From IMG/VR virus record IMGVR_UViG_3300025133_000027, positions 32,001-96,000 of that record: a stretch of 64,000 nucleotides of DNA; one strand, given 5' to 3'. Source of the DNA: a virus. Under the pieces are notes generated by a model that did not search any database, had not been told where the DNA came from, and worked only from the letters and a program-made list of their open reading frames with translations. Shown one piece after another: positions 26,561 to 36,008 of this stretch (within the stretch, counting starts at the first letter, position 1; each line of letters starts with the position of its first letter). Made by a program: the position numbers and the translations under genes.

Positions 26561-27622
26561 ATGGCATTATGGGATATCGCAGATGCGGATACATCAAATT
26601 TACAAGTTTGGCTAGACAGTTCTGATGCTTCTACTATTACACAAGAAGTAACAACTGAAGATGATGATGATTACGGAACAAATAACATAGTTTCAGCTTG
26701 GGTTGATAAATCTAATAATGCTCATGAATTTGGATGGATTCCTCTTGGAGCCTATAAAACAACATACACAGAGATCAACGTAGGCCCTCTTGCTGGAACA
26801 TCTGCCATTAAGTTTGGTGGAGTTGACGGAGGCCAAAGAAAAGAATCATTTTTAACATCTTCGGTTACGCCTGCTTCTGGAGCCGGTGCTCGTACTGTTT
26901 TTACGGTTGTTGACAGATTAGAGACACATAGACCTGCCGATAGCCATAATTGGCGCACTATGTGGGGCTGGGGTTCTACTTCCGGCGACCAAGACGGAAA
27001 GTCATCATATGCACTGATGAGTGATAATGCGGCGGTTCCCGCAGCTTATGATAGCTATTTTATCGGCTATCATTATAATGAGTTTTACCCAAATGCAGGG
27101 CATAGAGAAATCAATACAGAACCACAAATGACTATATGTGAGTACGATGGTACAATAGATAGATTTTATTACAGATGTGAATCTTCACCCAGCACAAATA
27201 CAAAAACTCTTGATACTGGAACTTCAAATAAGCTAATATTGGGAGGTAGCAGCTTCTTAGATGGAGGCACTGACTATTTTTTATTAGAAATGATTATCTA
27301 CGATTCGGTCTTATCTGAAGAAGATCGTGTTAAGGTTGAGGGATACTTAGCTCATAAATGGGGATTCCAAAGTGATTTACCCGGTGATCATACTTGGAAA
27401 AACTCTGCTCCTACAAGTGGAGATGATGCCTTCCCTAATGCGGAAGAAGTAGTAACAACACCCAGGTATAATGAAACCTTTGTTGATTTAAAATTGTCTC
27501 AATTACCAAAACAATATGTTCGCGGAGCTGGACAAGAACATACAGTTCCTGTTAAGATGGGCATCAACGGACCAGGAAATCTTAGGGGCCGAACAACAGC
27601 GTATAAAGTTACGTCAAGCTAA
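26561..27622 (+). CDS. LamG/concanavalin-like virion protein
   Basis: LQVWLDSSD...VSAWVDKSNN...EMIIYDSVLS...VEGYLAHKWG, typical of phage LamG-like domains. Confidence 0.65.
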   Translation: MALWDIADADTSNLQVWLDSSDASTITQEVTTEDDDDYGTNNIVSAWVDKSNNAHEFGWIPLGAYKTTYTEINVGPLAGTSAIKFGGVDGGQRKESFLTSSVTPASGAGARTVFTVVDRLETHRPADSHNWRTMWGWGSTSGDQDGKSSYALMSDNAAVPAAYDSYFIGYHYNEFYPNAGHREINTEPQMTICEYDGTIDRFYYRCESSPSTNTKTLDTGTSNKLILGGSSFLDGGTDYFLLEMIIYDSVLSEEDRVKVEGYLAHKWGFQSDLPGDHTWKNSAPTSGDDAFPNAEEVVTTPRYNETFVDLKLSQLPKQYVRGAGQEHTVPVKMGINGPGNLRGRTTAYKVTSS

Positions 27623-27653
27623 AAACCATAAGCCAAAGAAATAGGAGGATACT

Positions 27654-27836
27654 ATGGAGGCAGCAAGTAAAATAAAGAAGGGGCGGGCATGGAAGATTCA
27701 TGCACGCTTTTCTTCTTTTGAAGAAGCAGATAAGGTTCGCAAGAATCTAAAGGAGGATAAGACTTTAGAAGTTAAAGTCCACAAACAAGTAAAAGGTTTC
27801 GCAGTTAAGAAGCGTCTCCAAGAGGAGGCTGCATGA
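27654..27836 (+). CDS. Small basic hypothetical protein
   Basis: 60 aa, AGGAGG SD. Confidence 0.6.
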   Translation: MEAASKIKKGRAWKIHARFSSFEEADKVRKNLKEDKTLEVKVHKQVKGFAVKKRLQEEAA

Positions 27837-28864
27837 GATCTGATGTAATTATTGGTCTTCAATATGGAGACGAAGCTAAGGGTAAAGTAACTAGTGAAGT
27901 CTTAAATATGGTTCATTATGACTATGTTCTACGATTCAATGGCGGGTGCAACGCTGGTCACACAATTTATTATGAAGGTCAGAAATATATCACACATCAC
28001 ATACCCGCAGGTGTATTTCACGGTGTAAAATCGGTGATTGGCCCAGGGTGTGTTATAAATCTTGAGAAGCTTCTTGAAGAAATTAAGATGTTTCAAGATA
28101 ATGGCTTCGATTTGAGTAACTTGCTTTTTATTGATAAAAGAGCTCACATGATTCAAGCTGAACATTTGCGAGTAGACGGCGAAGATACGTGTATTGGTAC
28201 TACTAAATCAGGTAACGGGCCTGCCTATGCGGCTAAGGCAAATAGGACAGGGATACGCTTTGGAGATATTAAATACCTCAGTTCTGAGGTGGTGACTAGT
28301 CTTTTCGAGTTTAATCCTGAAATCGAAGTAGATGTATATGATCTACTCTATAGAGGCGACGTTCAAGTTCTTTGTGAGGGTGCTCAAGGCTTTTTCCTAG
28401 ACACTGATTGGGGTGATTATCCTTATGTGACTTCAAGCCACTGTGGGGTCGCTGGTGCCGTTCAGAACGGCATTCGTCATGATAGTATCGATACAGTTGT
28501 CGGCGTTGCTAAAGTGTATGAGACTTATGTTGGAGCAAAACAGTTTCAACCATCTGATGAAGTCTTTAACGAGCTACAACGAGTTGGAAATGAGATTGGT
28601 GCTACAACTGGTAGAACAAGACAGTGTAATTGGTTAAATCTAGACAACTTAAAGAAAGCAATCAGAATAAACGGAGTAAATAAGGTCATTCTTAACAAGA
28701 TTGACGTGTTACAAGAGCTTGACGTTTGGTCTCTGATAGAGGATGATGTAGTTGTCGATATGGGAAGCGAGAAAATCTTTAGGATGTATATCATTCACAA
28801 ACTTGTGAACTTAGGCATTAAAAAAGAAGCAATCTTCTTCTCGGGGAGTCCAGATAGAATATGA
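27833..28864 (+). CDS. purA: Adenylosuccinate synthetase (compact form)
   Basis: GLQYGDEAKGK, RFNGGCNAGHT, IGTTKSGNGPAY, EGAQG, YPYVTSS, GATTGR, NKID. Confidence 0.93.
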   Translation: MRSDVIIGLQYGDEAKGKVTSEVLNMVHYDYVLRFNGGCNAGHTIYYEGQKYITHHIPAGVFHGVKSVIGPGCVINLEKLLEEIKMFQDNGFDLSNLLFIDKRAHMIQAEHLRVDGEDTCIGTTKSGNGPAYAAKANRTGIRFGDIKYLSSEVVTSLFEFNPEIEVDVYDLLYRGDVQVLCEGAQGFFLDTDWGDYPYVTSSHCGVAGAVQNGIRHDSIDTVVGVAKVYETYVGAKQFQPSDEVFNELQRVGNEIGATTGRTRQCNWLNLDNLKKAIRINGVNKVILNKIDVLQELDVWSLIEDDVVVDMGSEKIFRMYIIHKLVNLGIKKEAIFFSGSPDRI

Positions 28865-29082
28865 GAGAATATAAAATACACGCTAGATGCAATAAGACTT
28901 CTAGTATAGTAGATAGAAATATAGAATTAAGGAACTTTGATTGTGCATACTTAGCAGGTATTAATATGATTAAGCAACTTAATACCAATGAGGATTCTGA
29001 ATATGAATTACTTGGAGTATATGAAATTTTATATAACGTTGAAAAGTACAAAAGCATTACAAAAAGGAGCAAAAATGCGTAA
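28861..29082 (+). CDS. Hypothetical protein
   Basis: 73 aa, fills the gap between purA and clpP with overlapping start/stop. Confidence 0.5.
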   Translation: MREYKIHARCNKTSSIVDRNIELRNFDCAYLAGINMIKQLNTNEDSEYELLGVYEILYNVEKYKSITKRSKNA

Positions 29083-29740
29083 AAGATATTGGGGTTCGAA
29101 GTCAGGAGCAGAAGAAAAGAGTTCAGCAGCACCAGAGGAAGCAATGGACCTTGGTGGAATGCCAATTTTAATGATGGGTGGTCCAGGTAGAGAAGAAATG
29201 CCTAAGCGACACTTAGAGGTTATCGATAATAAGATTTTTTATTATGGACCCATCACCCAAGAAGATATGCTACAGCTTAATAAAGCTATAGCTATGATGG
29301 ATAAGGATTTGCAGGTCTTTGAAATTAAGTATGATACTAAATCCCCACCAATTCAGTTGCACATAAACTCTGAGGGTGGCTCTATTCATGCTGCAATGTC
29401 AACAGTAGATGCCATTAGAGGGTGCAAGACCCCGGTTCATTCATATATTGATGGCTCTGCGGCCTCAGCCGGTACACTGATTTCTTGTGTTGCTGATAAA
29501 AGGTTTATGACAAAACACGCAATGATGCTTATCCATCAACTTTCTAGCGGTGTATGGGGAAAATATGATGATATTAAGGAAGAAGTAGAAAATCTTGATC
29601 TTACAATGAAAAACATCATGAATGTTTACAAGACCCATACATCTCTTTCAAAAAGAGAACTTAAAGCTCTGTTGTCAAAAGACATATGGTTAACGTCTGA
29701 AACTTGTCTAGAATATGGACTCGTTGACGAGATTATATAG
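29075..29740 (+). CDS. clpP: ClpP-family protease subunit
   Basis: IQLHINSEGGS, AASAG (Ser), MLIHQ (His), DIWL...YGLVDEI. Start moved to ATG 29075 after AAGGAG. Confidence 0.88.
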   Translation: MRKRYWGSKSGAEEKSSAAPEEAMDLGGMPILMMGGPGREEMPKRHLEVIDNKIFYYGPITQEDMLQLNKAIAMMDKDLQVFEIKYDTKSPPIQLHINSEGGSIHAAMSTVDAIRGCKTPVHSYIDGSAASAGTLISCVADKRFMTKHAMMLIHQLSSGVWGKYDDIKEEVENLDLTMKNIMNVYKTHTSLSKRELKALLSKDIWLTSETCLEYGLVDEII

Positions 29741-29749
29741 GAGGCACTT

Positions 29750-29896
29750 ATGGACACATACGAAATATCTCTACCTGATGGAGTATGCCTTTCAGATGAT
29801 TGGTACGAGAAGCACACTCCATCACTATTAGGCGACTATGAAGCTGAGTATTATGAGGATGAATCCGAGGAGGACAGACTATATGAAGAAGATTAA
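29750..29896 (+). CDS. 48-aa highly acidic small protein (not in the ORF track)
   Basis: AGGAGG SD then MDTYEISLPDGVCLSDDWYEKHTPSLLGDYEAEYYEDESEEDRLYEED*; fills the gap after clpP. Confidence 0.6.
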   Translation: MDTYEISLPDGVCLSDDWYEKHTPSLLGDYEAEYYEDESEEDRLYEED

Positions 29897-30038
29897 AGAA
29901 ATTATCGAAGATATACAAATCAAAGAAGATTTAACTTTATCAGAAGTATTTAGAAAGTACCCTCATTTAGAAAAACTTCAAAAAGACGAGCTCTTTGAGA
30001 AGCAGAAGCTGAATGAGAAAAAACTTTTAAAAGGATAA
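29883..30038 (+). CDS. Small hypothetical protein
   Basis: MKKIKEIIEDIQ... with GAGGAGG upstream; start moved to 29883. Confidence 0.5.
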   Translation: MKKIKEIIEDIQIKEDLTLSEVFRKYPHLEKLQKDELFEKQKLNEKKLLKG

Positions 30039-30041
30039 AAA

Positions 30042-31367
30042 ATGAGTAAAACAATTTATGTGCTAGATACGAATGTTCTTATGACTGATTCGGAGGTCTT
30101 TACTAAGTTTGGAAGGAGTTCTTTAATAATTCCGTTCAAAGTTCTGGAAGAGCTTGATAAACATAAGAATAGGCAGGATAGCACTGGTGCCATGACCAGA
30201 AGGTCAACAAGGTTTCTTGATGAGCTGAGAAAGAAAGGTTCTCTTTATGATGGAGTCAGGATAGCTAAAGGAAAGGGTATCTTAAAAGTTGTTAACTCAG
30301 ACCCTTCGCTTCTAAATTCAGATCTAGACCCAACAAATCCAGATAATAGAATTTTATCAACTGTGCTTTCTGTGATGAAAGCAGAGCCGGGAGCGAAGGT
30401 TGTCCTAGTGTCCCTAGACATCAACCTGAGAGTTAAGTGTGATTCTCTGAAAATTAAAGTTCAGGACTATGAAGCAAATAAAGCAGTTAAAAGGACAAAC
30501 GAACTTTACTCTGGATCTTCGGAACGTCTTGTGGACGATCAGTTAATTGATCAGTTTTATTCTGGTGAAGAAATCTATCTCCAAAAAGAGGAAAAAGAAC
30601 TTTATCCAAATGAGTTCGTGATGTTGAGATCTTCATCAGATCCGAAAAAGACTGCTCTCTCTAGGTTTATTAATTATAACAAGCCACTGAGAAGAATCCC
30701 GTCAAAAGCGGAAGCCTATGAGATTAGACCTCGTAATAAAGAACAAGGCTATGCAATGGATTTACTACTTGACCCTAAAATCAAGTTAGTAACCATTATG
30801 GGCTCCGCAGGTAGTGGAAAAACTTTAGTTGCATTAGCTGCCGGAATGCATCAATCAATAGATTGTATGGAAAACGCAGGAAAAAAACTCCCTTATCGTA
30901 AATTAATTGTTTCAAGGCCTGTGCAGCCAATGGGTAAAGACATCGGTTATCTCCCAGGGACACTTGAAGAAAAGATGCTTCCTTGGTTAGCTCCGATTCA
31001 TGACAATCTTGAGTTTATTGTGGGGGATGCCCAGTATCTTGATACTTGGATCTCTAATGGATCAATTCAGATTGAAGCTTTGACTTATATTCGTGGACGT
31101 TCGATTGGTGAATCTTATATTATTATTGATGAGGCTCAAAACTTGTCAAAGCATGAAGTTAAAACAATTATTACTCGCATTGGCGAAGGAACAAAGATCG
31201 TTCTAACTGGAGACGTTGAGCAGATTGATGCAATGTATCTAGATGCTACAACTAACGGGCTTGCACATGCGATCGAATCTCTTAAAGAGTATGAAATCAC
31301 TGGACATATTACTCTACAAAAGGGTGAGCGTTCTGAAATTGCAACGATTGCGGCTAAGGTTCTATAA
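30042..31367 (+). CDS. phoH: PIN-domain + PhoH ATPase (PhoH2-like)
   Basis: YVLDTNVL, EELD, DNRIL, SLDINLR (PIN); GSAGSGKT, IGYLPG, YIRGRS, IIDEAQN, GDVEQID. Confidence 0.92.
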   Translation: MSKTIYVLDTNVLMTDSEVFTKFGRSSLIIPFKVLEELDKHKNRQDSTGAMTRRSTRFLDELRKKGSLYDGVRIAKGKGILKVVNSDPSLLNSDLDPTNPDNRILSTVLSVMKAEPGAKVVLVSLDINLRVKCDSLKIKVQDYEANKAVKRTNELYSGSSERLVDDQLIDQFYSGEEIYLQKEEKELYPNEFVMLRSSSDPKKTALSRFINYNKPLRRIPSKAEAYEIRPRNKEQGYAMDLLLDPKIKLVTIMGSAGSGKTLVALAAGMHQSIDCMENAGKKLPYRKLIVSRPVQPMGKDIGYLPGTLEEKMLPWLAPIHDNLEFIVGDAQYLDTWISNGSIQIEALTYIRGRSIGESYIIIDEAQNLSKHEVKTIITRIGEGTKIVLTGDVEQIDAMYLDATTNGLAHAIESLKEYEITGHITLQKGERSEIATIAAKVL

Positions 31368-32071
31368 TGAAAAAATATGTGCAGCAAACACAACTTGAGT
31401 CTTATAGAAAATTCGGATTAAGAATCCATAGTTGTGTTGCTGTGCTTATTAGCGACAATGTTATAGACGACTCAATTGCACATAGTATAGTTATGAGGAT
31501 CAAAAATAAGATCCCTAAAGAACTGCTATGTGCAATTGAGCGTATAAATTTCGGCTTATATAAGTTTGGTAGACGTGGGATAGCATCTAAATACATAGAT
31601 GGCACAATCTTCGTCCACATAGGTCCAGAAACTACAATTGAAAAGACATTGCAGGCAATAACTCATGAGTTATCACACGCTTTAGAGTTCTCGTTTCGTC
31701 AACATCTTAGTGATTTCAAGCTTAAACAGGAATTTGTATCTAAACGTAGAAGACTATTTGATTTATTAGAGAATGAATATAAAGATATAAAGAAGTTCAA
31801 TAACCGAAATTTAGATTACGATGGAGAATTAGATACATACTTGGCCAATAATATTGGCTTAGATAAGTTAGAGAGGTATACTCTTAAAATGTTTGTATCA
31901 CCCTATTCAGCGACTTGTTATAGTGAATATATCGCAGAAGGGTTCGAGAATTACTTACTGGGCGACCATAAGACACTTAGGTCTCTGTCACCAGTTTTAT
32001 ACAAAAAAATAGAAGAAATGATAGAAGGGAAGGTTAAAAGTGCCAGTCAAAGAAAAAATATCGTATTCTGA
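31367..32071 (+). CDS. Zincin-like metallopeptidase
   Basis: ITHELSHALE and SPYS...EYIAEGFE. Confidence 0.6.
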   Translation: MKKYVQQTQLESYRKFGLRIHSCVAVLISDNVIDDSIAHSIVMRIKNKIPKELLCAIERINFGLYKFGRRGIASKYIDGTIFVHIGPETTIEKTLQAITHELSHALEFSFRQHLSDFKLKQEFVSKRRRLFDLLENEYKDIKKFNNRNLDYDGELDTYLANNIGLDKLERYTLKMFVSPYSATCYSEYIAEGFENYLLGDHKTLRSLSPVLYKKIEEMIEGKVKSASQRKNIVF

Positions 32072-32870
32072 ATTATCTGATTGGAATTTATGTCCATATA
32101 AGAGAAAGCTCGTTTACGATGATAAGAATTATTCTGATGGAAGTATTCATACTTACTTTGGAACAGCAGTCCACGAGGCGGCTGAATATCTCGTTAAGGA
32201 TAATAGTGTAGATGGTTTCCAAATCTTCTCAGATAAATATGATGAACTCATCGAAGATGTTAAATTCGAGTTCACTGAGAAAGAATATACAAGGTTTAAA
32301 TCCTCCACAGTCAAAGAAGTTATAGAAGTTTTTAGAGAATATGGAAGAGCCATTATTCCAGAAATCTTACCAGCAATGACTGCTACATTCGGTGAATATG
32401 AAGTGATCGGAACTGAGTATCGGCTATTTGAGGATATCGAAGGGTTTCCTACTAAGTTCAAAGGGCTTGTAGACCTTGTAATTAAGTCCAATGGTCGGTA
32501 TTGTGTTCTTGACTGGAAAACATGTGGTTGGGGCTGGGATGCTGAAAAGAAAGCAGACAAGATGACCAATTACCAGATTGTTCTATACAAGAAATATATT
32601 GCCCAGAAATTGGGACTTGATTTAAATATGCTTGATACCTATTTTGGTTTACTAAAGAAATCAGGAAAGCCTGGAAAGTATGTTGAAATCTTTAAGTCCA
32701 CCTCGGGTAAGAAGAGAACATCAAACGCTACGGAGCTTTTGTCTAATTGTTTGAAAAATATTAACAGTGGTTTTCATGTGAAAAATAGACTTTCGTGTAA
32801 TAGGCCGCTATCAAGAAAGATCAAATTTAATATTAGATGCCAGTTCTATAAGACAGATAAATGCAAATAA
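32040..32870 (+). CDS. PD-(D/E)XK nuclease, Cas4/RecB/AddB-like with Fe-S cysteines
   Basis: ISYSEL...CP, FGTAVH, GLVDLV, LDWKT, QIVLY, three C-terminal Cys. Confidence 0.85.
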   Translation: MPVKEKISYSELSDWNLCPYKRKLVYDDKNYSDGSIHTYFGTAVHEAAEYLVKDNSVDGFQIFSDKYDELIEDVKFEFTEKEYTRFKSSTVKEVIEVFREYGRAIIPEILPAMTATFGEYEVIGTEYRLFEDIEGFPTKFKGLVDLVIKSNGRYCVLDWKTCGWGWDAEKKADKMTNYQIVLYKKYIAQKLGLDLNMLDTYFGLLKKSGKPGKYVEIFKSTSGKKRTSNATELLSNCLKNINSGFHVKNRLSCNRPLSRKIKFNIRCQFYKTDKCK

Positions 32871-32938
32871 ATGCAAAAATATGTTAACAGAACCTAAATA
32901 CATGAAGTAGTCTCTAGCTCATAACCACGAGGTGAGCT

Positions 32939-34213
32939 TTGAGTGAAAAGAAAATAAAGGTTCTGATGATTGCCGACCATCCATATACCCCATCGGGTGT
33001 CGGAACACAGACAAAATATGTAATTGATGCCCTGATAAAATCAGAACGCTTCAGCATAGTGTCTCTTGCAGGTGCGATGAAGCATAAAAGCATGCAACCA
33101 GTTAAAACAGAGGAATATGGGGATGATTTATTAATCATCCCTGTTGAAGGTTATGGAAATCCTGATATCATAAGGACTGTTCTTAGAAAAGAAAGGCCTG
33201 ATATCTTGTGGTTTATGACCGATCCTCGATATTATGAGTGGCTGTGGGCCATGTCCGACGAAATTCGTCCTTTGGTCCCTATGGTCTATTACCATGTCTG
33301 GGATAATTACCCCCTTCCACAGTTCAACAAGCCATATTATGATTCAACTGACTGTATTGCTACCATTTCAAAGGTAACTGATGATGTTGTTAGGCAGGTT
33401 ACTGATGATAGTCATGCTGTTTATATCCCACACGCAGTTAATTCTGAATTTTTTAAACCTATGACAAAAGAACAGAAAGCAGCAGCTAGGAAAGAAAACT
33501 TTAAAACATGGGAAAATGATAAAACTCTCTTCTTTTGGAATAACAGAAATGCCAGAAGGAAGCTAACAGGTACACTTGTTTGGTGGTTTAAGGAATTCTT
33601 AGAAGAAAATGGTAAGGATAGTGCTGTCCTGTTGATGCATACTGACCCAAATGATAGCCACGGTCAGAATATTGAATACATAATGAAGGAAGCAGGGCTT
33701 ACAAATGGCGAAATTCTTATTTCAAAAGATAAAATGCCAGCAGAACAACTAGCCGTGCTATACAATATGGCAGACTATACAATCAACATCTCAGATGCTG
33801 AAGGTTTTGGGTTGGCGACGCTAGAATCTCTTTCTTGTGGAACCCCAATCATCGTCAACAAGACAGGAGGCCTCACCGAGCAAGTAGAAACCCCAGAAGG
33901 GAAGATGACTGGTATCGGGATAGAACCTTGTGCTAAAGCCATTGTAGGCTCTCAGGCTGTCCCTTATATCTATGAGGATAGAATGTCTAAGGAGGACTTC
34001 TTAGCGGCTCTAAAGAAGGCTCACCTAGCTAAGATTGGAGATACTGCTGAGAGGAAAGAGTGGATTAAGACTGGCCTTGAGCACGCTGCCAAAAATTACA
34101 ATTTTGACACATTCAACAAGCAGTGGTTGGAACTAATGCTAGAAGTTCACGAGCGATACGGTTCATGGGAAACAAGAAAAGAATATAAAGCCTGGACTTG
34201 CGAGGAAGTATAA
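32939..34213 (+). CDS. GT4-like glycosyltransferase
   Basis: PSGVGTQ, NNRNARRK, AEGFGLATLESLSCGTPII. Confidence 0.88.
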   Translation: MSEKKIKVLMIADHPYTPSGVGTQTKYVIDALIKSERFSIVSLAGAMKHKSMQPVKTEEYGDDLLIIPVEGYGNPDIIRTVLRKERPDILWFMTDPRYYEWLWAMSDEIRPLVPMVYYHVWDNYPLPQFNKPYYDSTDCIATISKVTDDVVRQVTDDSHAVYIPHAVNSEFFKPMTKEQKAAARKENFKTWENDKTLFFWNNRNARRKLTGTLVWWFKEFLEENGKDSAVLLMHTDPNDSHGQNIEYIMKEAGLTNGEILISKDKMPAEQLAVLYNMADYTINISDAEGFGLATLESLSCGTPIIVNKTGGLTEQVETPEGKMTGIGIEPCAKAIVGSQAVPYIYEDRMSKEDFLAALKKAHLAKIGDTAERKEWIKTGLEHAAKNYNFDTFNKQWLELMLEVHERYGSWETRKEYKAWTCEEV

Positions 34214-34758
34214 TGAAGATAGTTATGACAAATGCGGAATACCGCAAGCAAATAATGGCAGAGAGGAAAACCTCCCTTGAAAATTCCTGGGTTCTCTTCC
34301 GAAGTGGTCAAAGAATGACATGGGGACCGTCTATTATTGAAAAATATTTAGATGGAACCCCTGTTTATACATGGGTGCCTGAGAGAATTAGCTGGAGAGA
34401 AAGAATATTGGGGCTTTATACTTCTTTGAAGTCATATCTAGTCGCATTCTTTACCCTTACCACTAAAGAAAAATATGTAAGACCTGCTGGTCAGGTGAAG
34501 TTTATCGATAAGGTTTGGAATCCAAAACATTCAGGTGGGATTGACATCGAATATCACTTTAGGGACTATTTTGACACTAAAAGTTTTAAGAGGCAGTTGG
34601 ATCATTTAAACGATCCAAAGGACTATCCAAAGGCAGGACCACACCGTGTTGGTTATATTCACGGAGTTGACGACTCTTCTTATAGAAAAGTTTATGGAAA
34701 AGCTGGAATCAATCCATTCGCACCAAAAAACTCGCCTGTTACGGCAAAGGAACAATAA
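34213..34758 (+). CDS. Hypothetical protein within the GT cluster
   Basis: TAATG-coupled on both sides; start moved to 34213. Confidence 0.55.
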   Translation: MKIVMTNAEYRKQIMAERKTSLENSWVLFRSGQRMTWGPSIIEKYLDGTPVYTWVPERISWRERILGLYTSLKSYLVAFFTLTTKEKYVRPAGQVKFIDKVWNPKHSGGIDIEYHFRDYFDTKSFKRQLDHLNDPKDYPKAGPHRVGYIHGVDDSSYRKVYGKAGINPFAPKNSPVTAKEQ

Positions 34759-36008
34759 TGAAAAAGATACTATTAGTAGGACCGATTCTTACACAAACAG
34801 GTTATGGAGAGCACGCTAGAATGATGGCAAGAGCTCTATTGTCAAGACCAGACCTTGTTGACCTGTATATACATCCGATTAATTGGGGGCAATCATCTTG
34901 GTTGTGGGAAGACGACAACGAAAGAAGGTTGATTGATCAATTGATCAACAAGACCGCTTTTGCAAGACAGCAACGAACACAGTTTGATATCTGCCTAATG
35001 GTTACTATTCCAAACGAATGGGAGCAATATCGAGCAGCTCCTATCAATATTGGTGTCTGTGCGGGCATTGAAACAGACAGGGTAAGTCCTGAGTGGATTA
35101 TCGCAGCCAATAAATTTGCAGATTCAATAATTGTCCCATCAGAGTTCGCAAAGAACATCTTTGAAGGAACAATCTATAACAATAACGGGCAGAACCTACA
35201 GCTCCAAAAGAAGATTGATGTTGTACACTATCCAACAAAGAAGTTTGCAGCGATGCCAGAACTCGACTTGGGTTTAAAGAATGATTTCAACTTCTTGGTG
35301 GTCGCACAATGGGGACCTCGCAAGAATATGGAAGGAACACTCGCTGCATTCTATGAAGAGTTCAAGAATGATGAAGTTGGTTTGGTGCTGAAAACAAGCA
35401 AGGCTAAAAACTCATTGATGGATAAAGAAGTAGTTATGAGAGCTTTGAATAGTGTCAAGGGAGCATTCCCGGATGCCAAGTGTTCTGTGAACCTACTACA
35501 CGGATATTTAACAGACCAAGAAGTAAACAGTCTTTACACTCATTCGAAGATTAAAGCCATTGTAAACCTTGGGCACGGTGAAGGGTTTGGTTTACCACTG
35601 TTTGAGGCAGCATATTCAGGTCTTCCAATCATCACACACGATTTTGGTGGCCAGAAGGACTTCCTATATGCTCCAAACAAAGCTGGCAAGACTAAACCAA
35701 TGTTTCAGAAGGTTTCATACGACGTAGGGCCTATTGCCAAGGATGTTGTTTGGGACGGTGTTCTCGTTGAAGGTTCGAACTGGGCTTATGTTAACAAGCT
35801 TGACGCCAAGAACAAAATGAGAGATACTTATGAAAACTATCACCTCGCTAAGTCAAAGTCAGGAAAGTTAAAGACCTGGGTTCTTGAGAACTTTAAGAGC
35901 GAAACTCTTAGTGAACAGGTTATAGGACTTGTTTGTGGTGAAGCTTCAATAAATGAACTATCTGATGAGGACTGGCTTGAATCTCTTGGAATTGAGGTGC
36001 ATGATTAA
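34758..36008 (+). CDS. GT4-like glycosyltransferase
   Basis: TGYGEHAR, PRKN, GEGFGLPLFEAAYSGLPII. Confidence 0.88.
   Translation: MKKILLVGPILTQTGYGEHARMMARALLSRPDLVDLYIHPINWGQSSWLWEDDNERRLIDQLINKTAFARQQRTQFDICLMVTIPNEWEQYRAAPINIGVCAGIETDRVSPEWIIAANKFADSIIVPSEFAKNIFEGTIYNNNGQNLQLQKKIDVVHYPTKKFAAMPELDLGLKNDFNFLVVAQWGPRKNMEGTLAAFYEEFKNDEVGLVLKTSKAKNSLMDKEVVMRALNSVKGAFPDAKCSVNLLHGYLTDQEVNSLYTHSKIKAIVNLGHGEGFGLPLFEAAYSGLPIITHDFGGQKDFLYAPNKAGKTKPMFQKVSYDVGPIAKDVVWDGVLVEGSNWAYVNKLDAKNKMRDTYENYHLAKSKSGKLKTWVLENFKSETLSEQVIGLVCGEASINELSDEDWLESLGIEVHD

Noticed and set aside
27833-28864. PurZ / 2-aminoadenine (Z-genome) pathway
   Set aside because: The protein keeps the PurA catalytic Asp (GDEAKGK rather than GSTGKG), GATTGR and a GTP-type NKID motif; no datZ or mazZ-like neighbours are seen.
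32040-32870. CRISPR-associated cas4
   Set aside because: Solo Cas4/RecB-like nucleases are common in phages; no array or other cas genes in the window.
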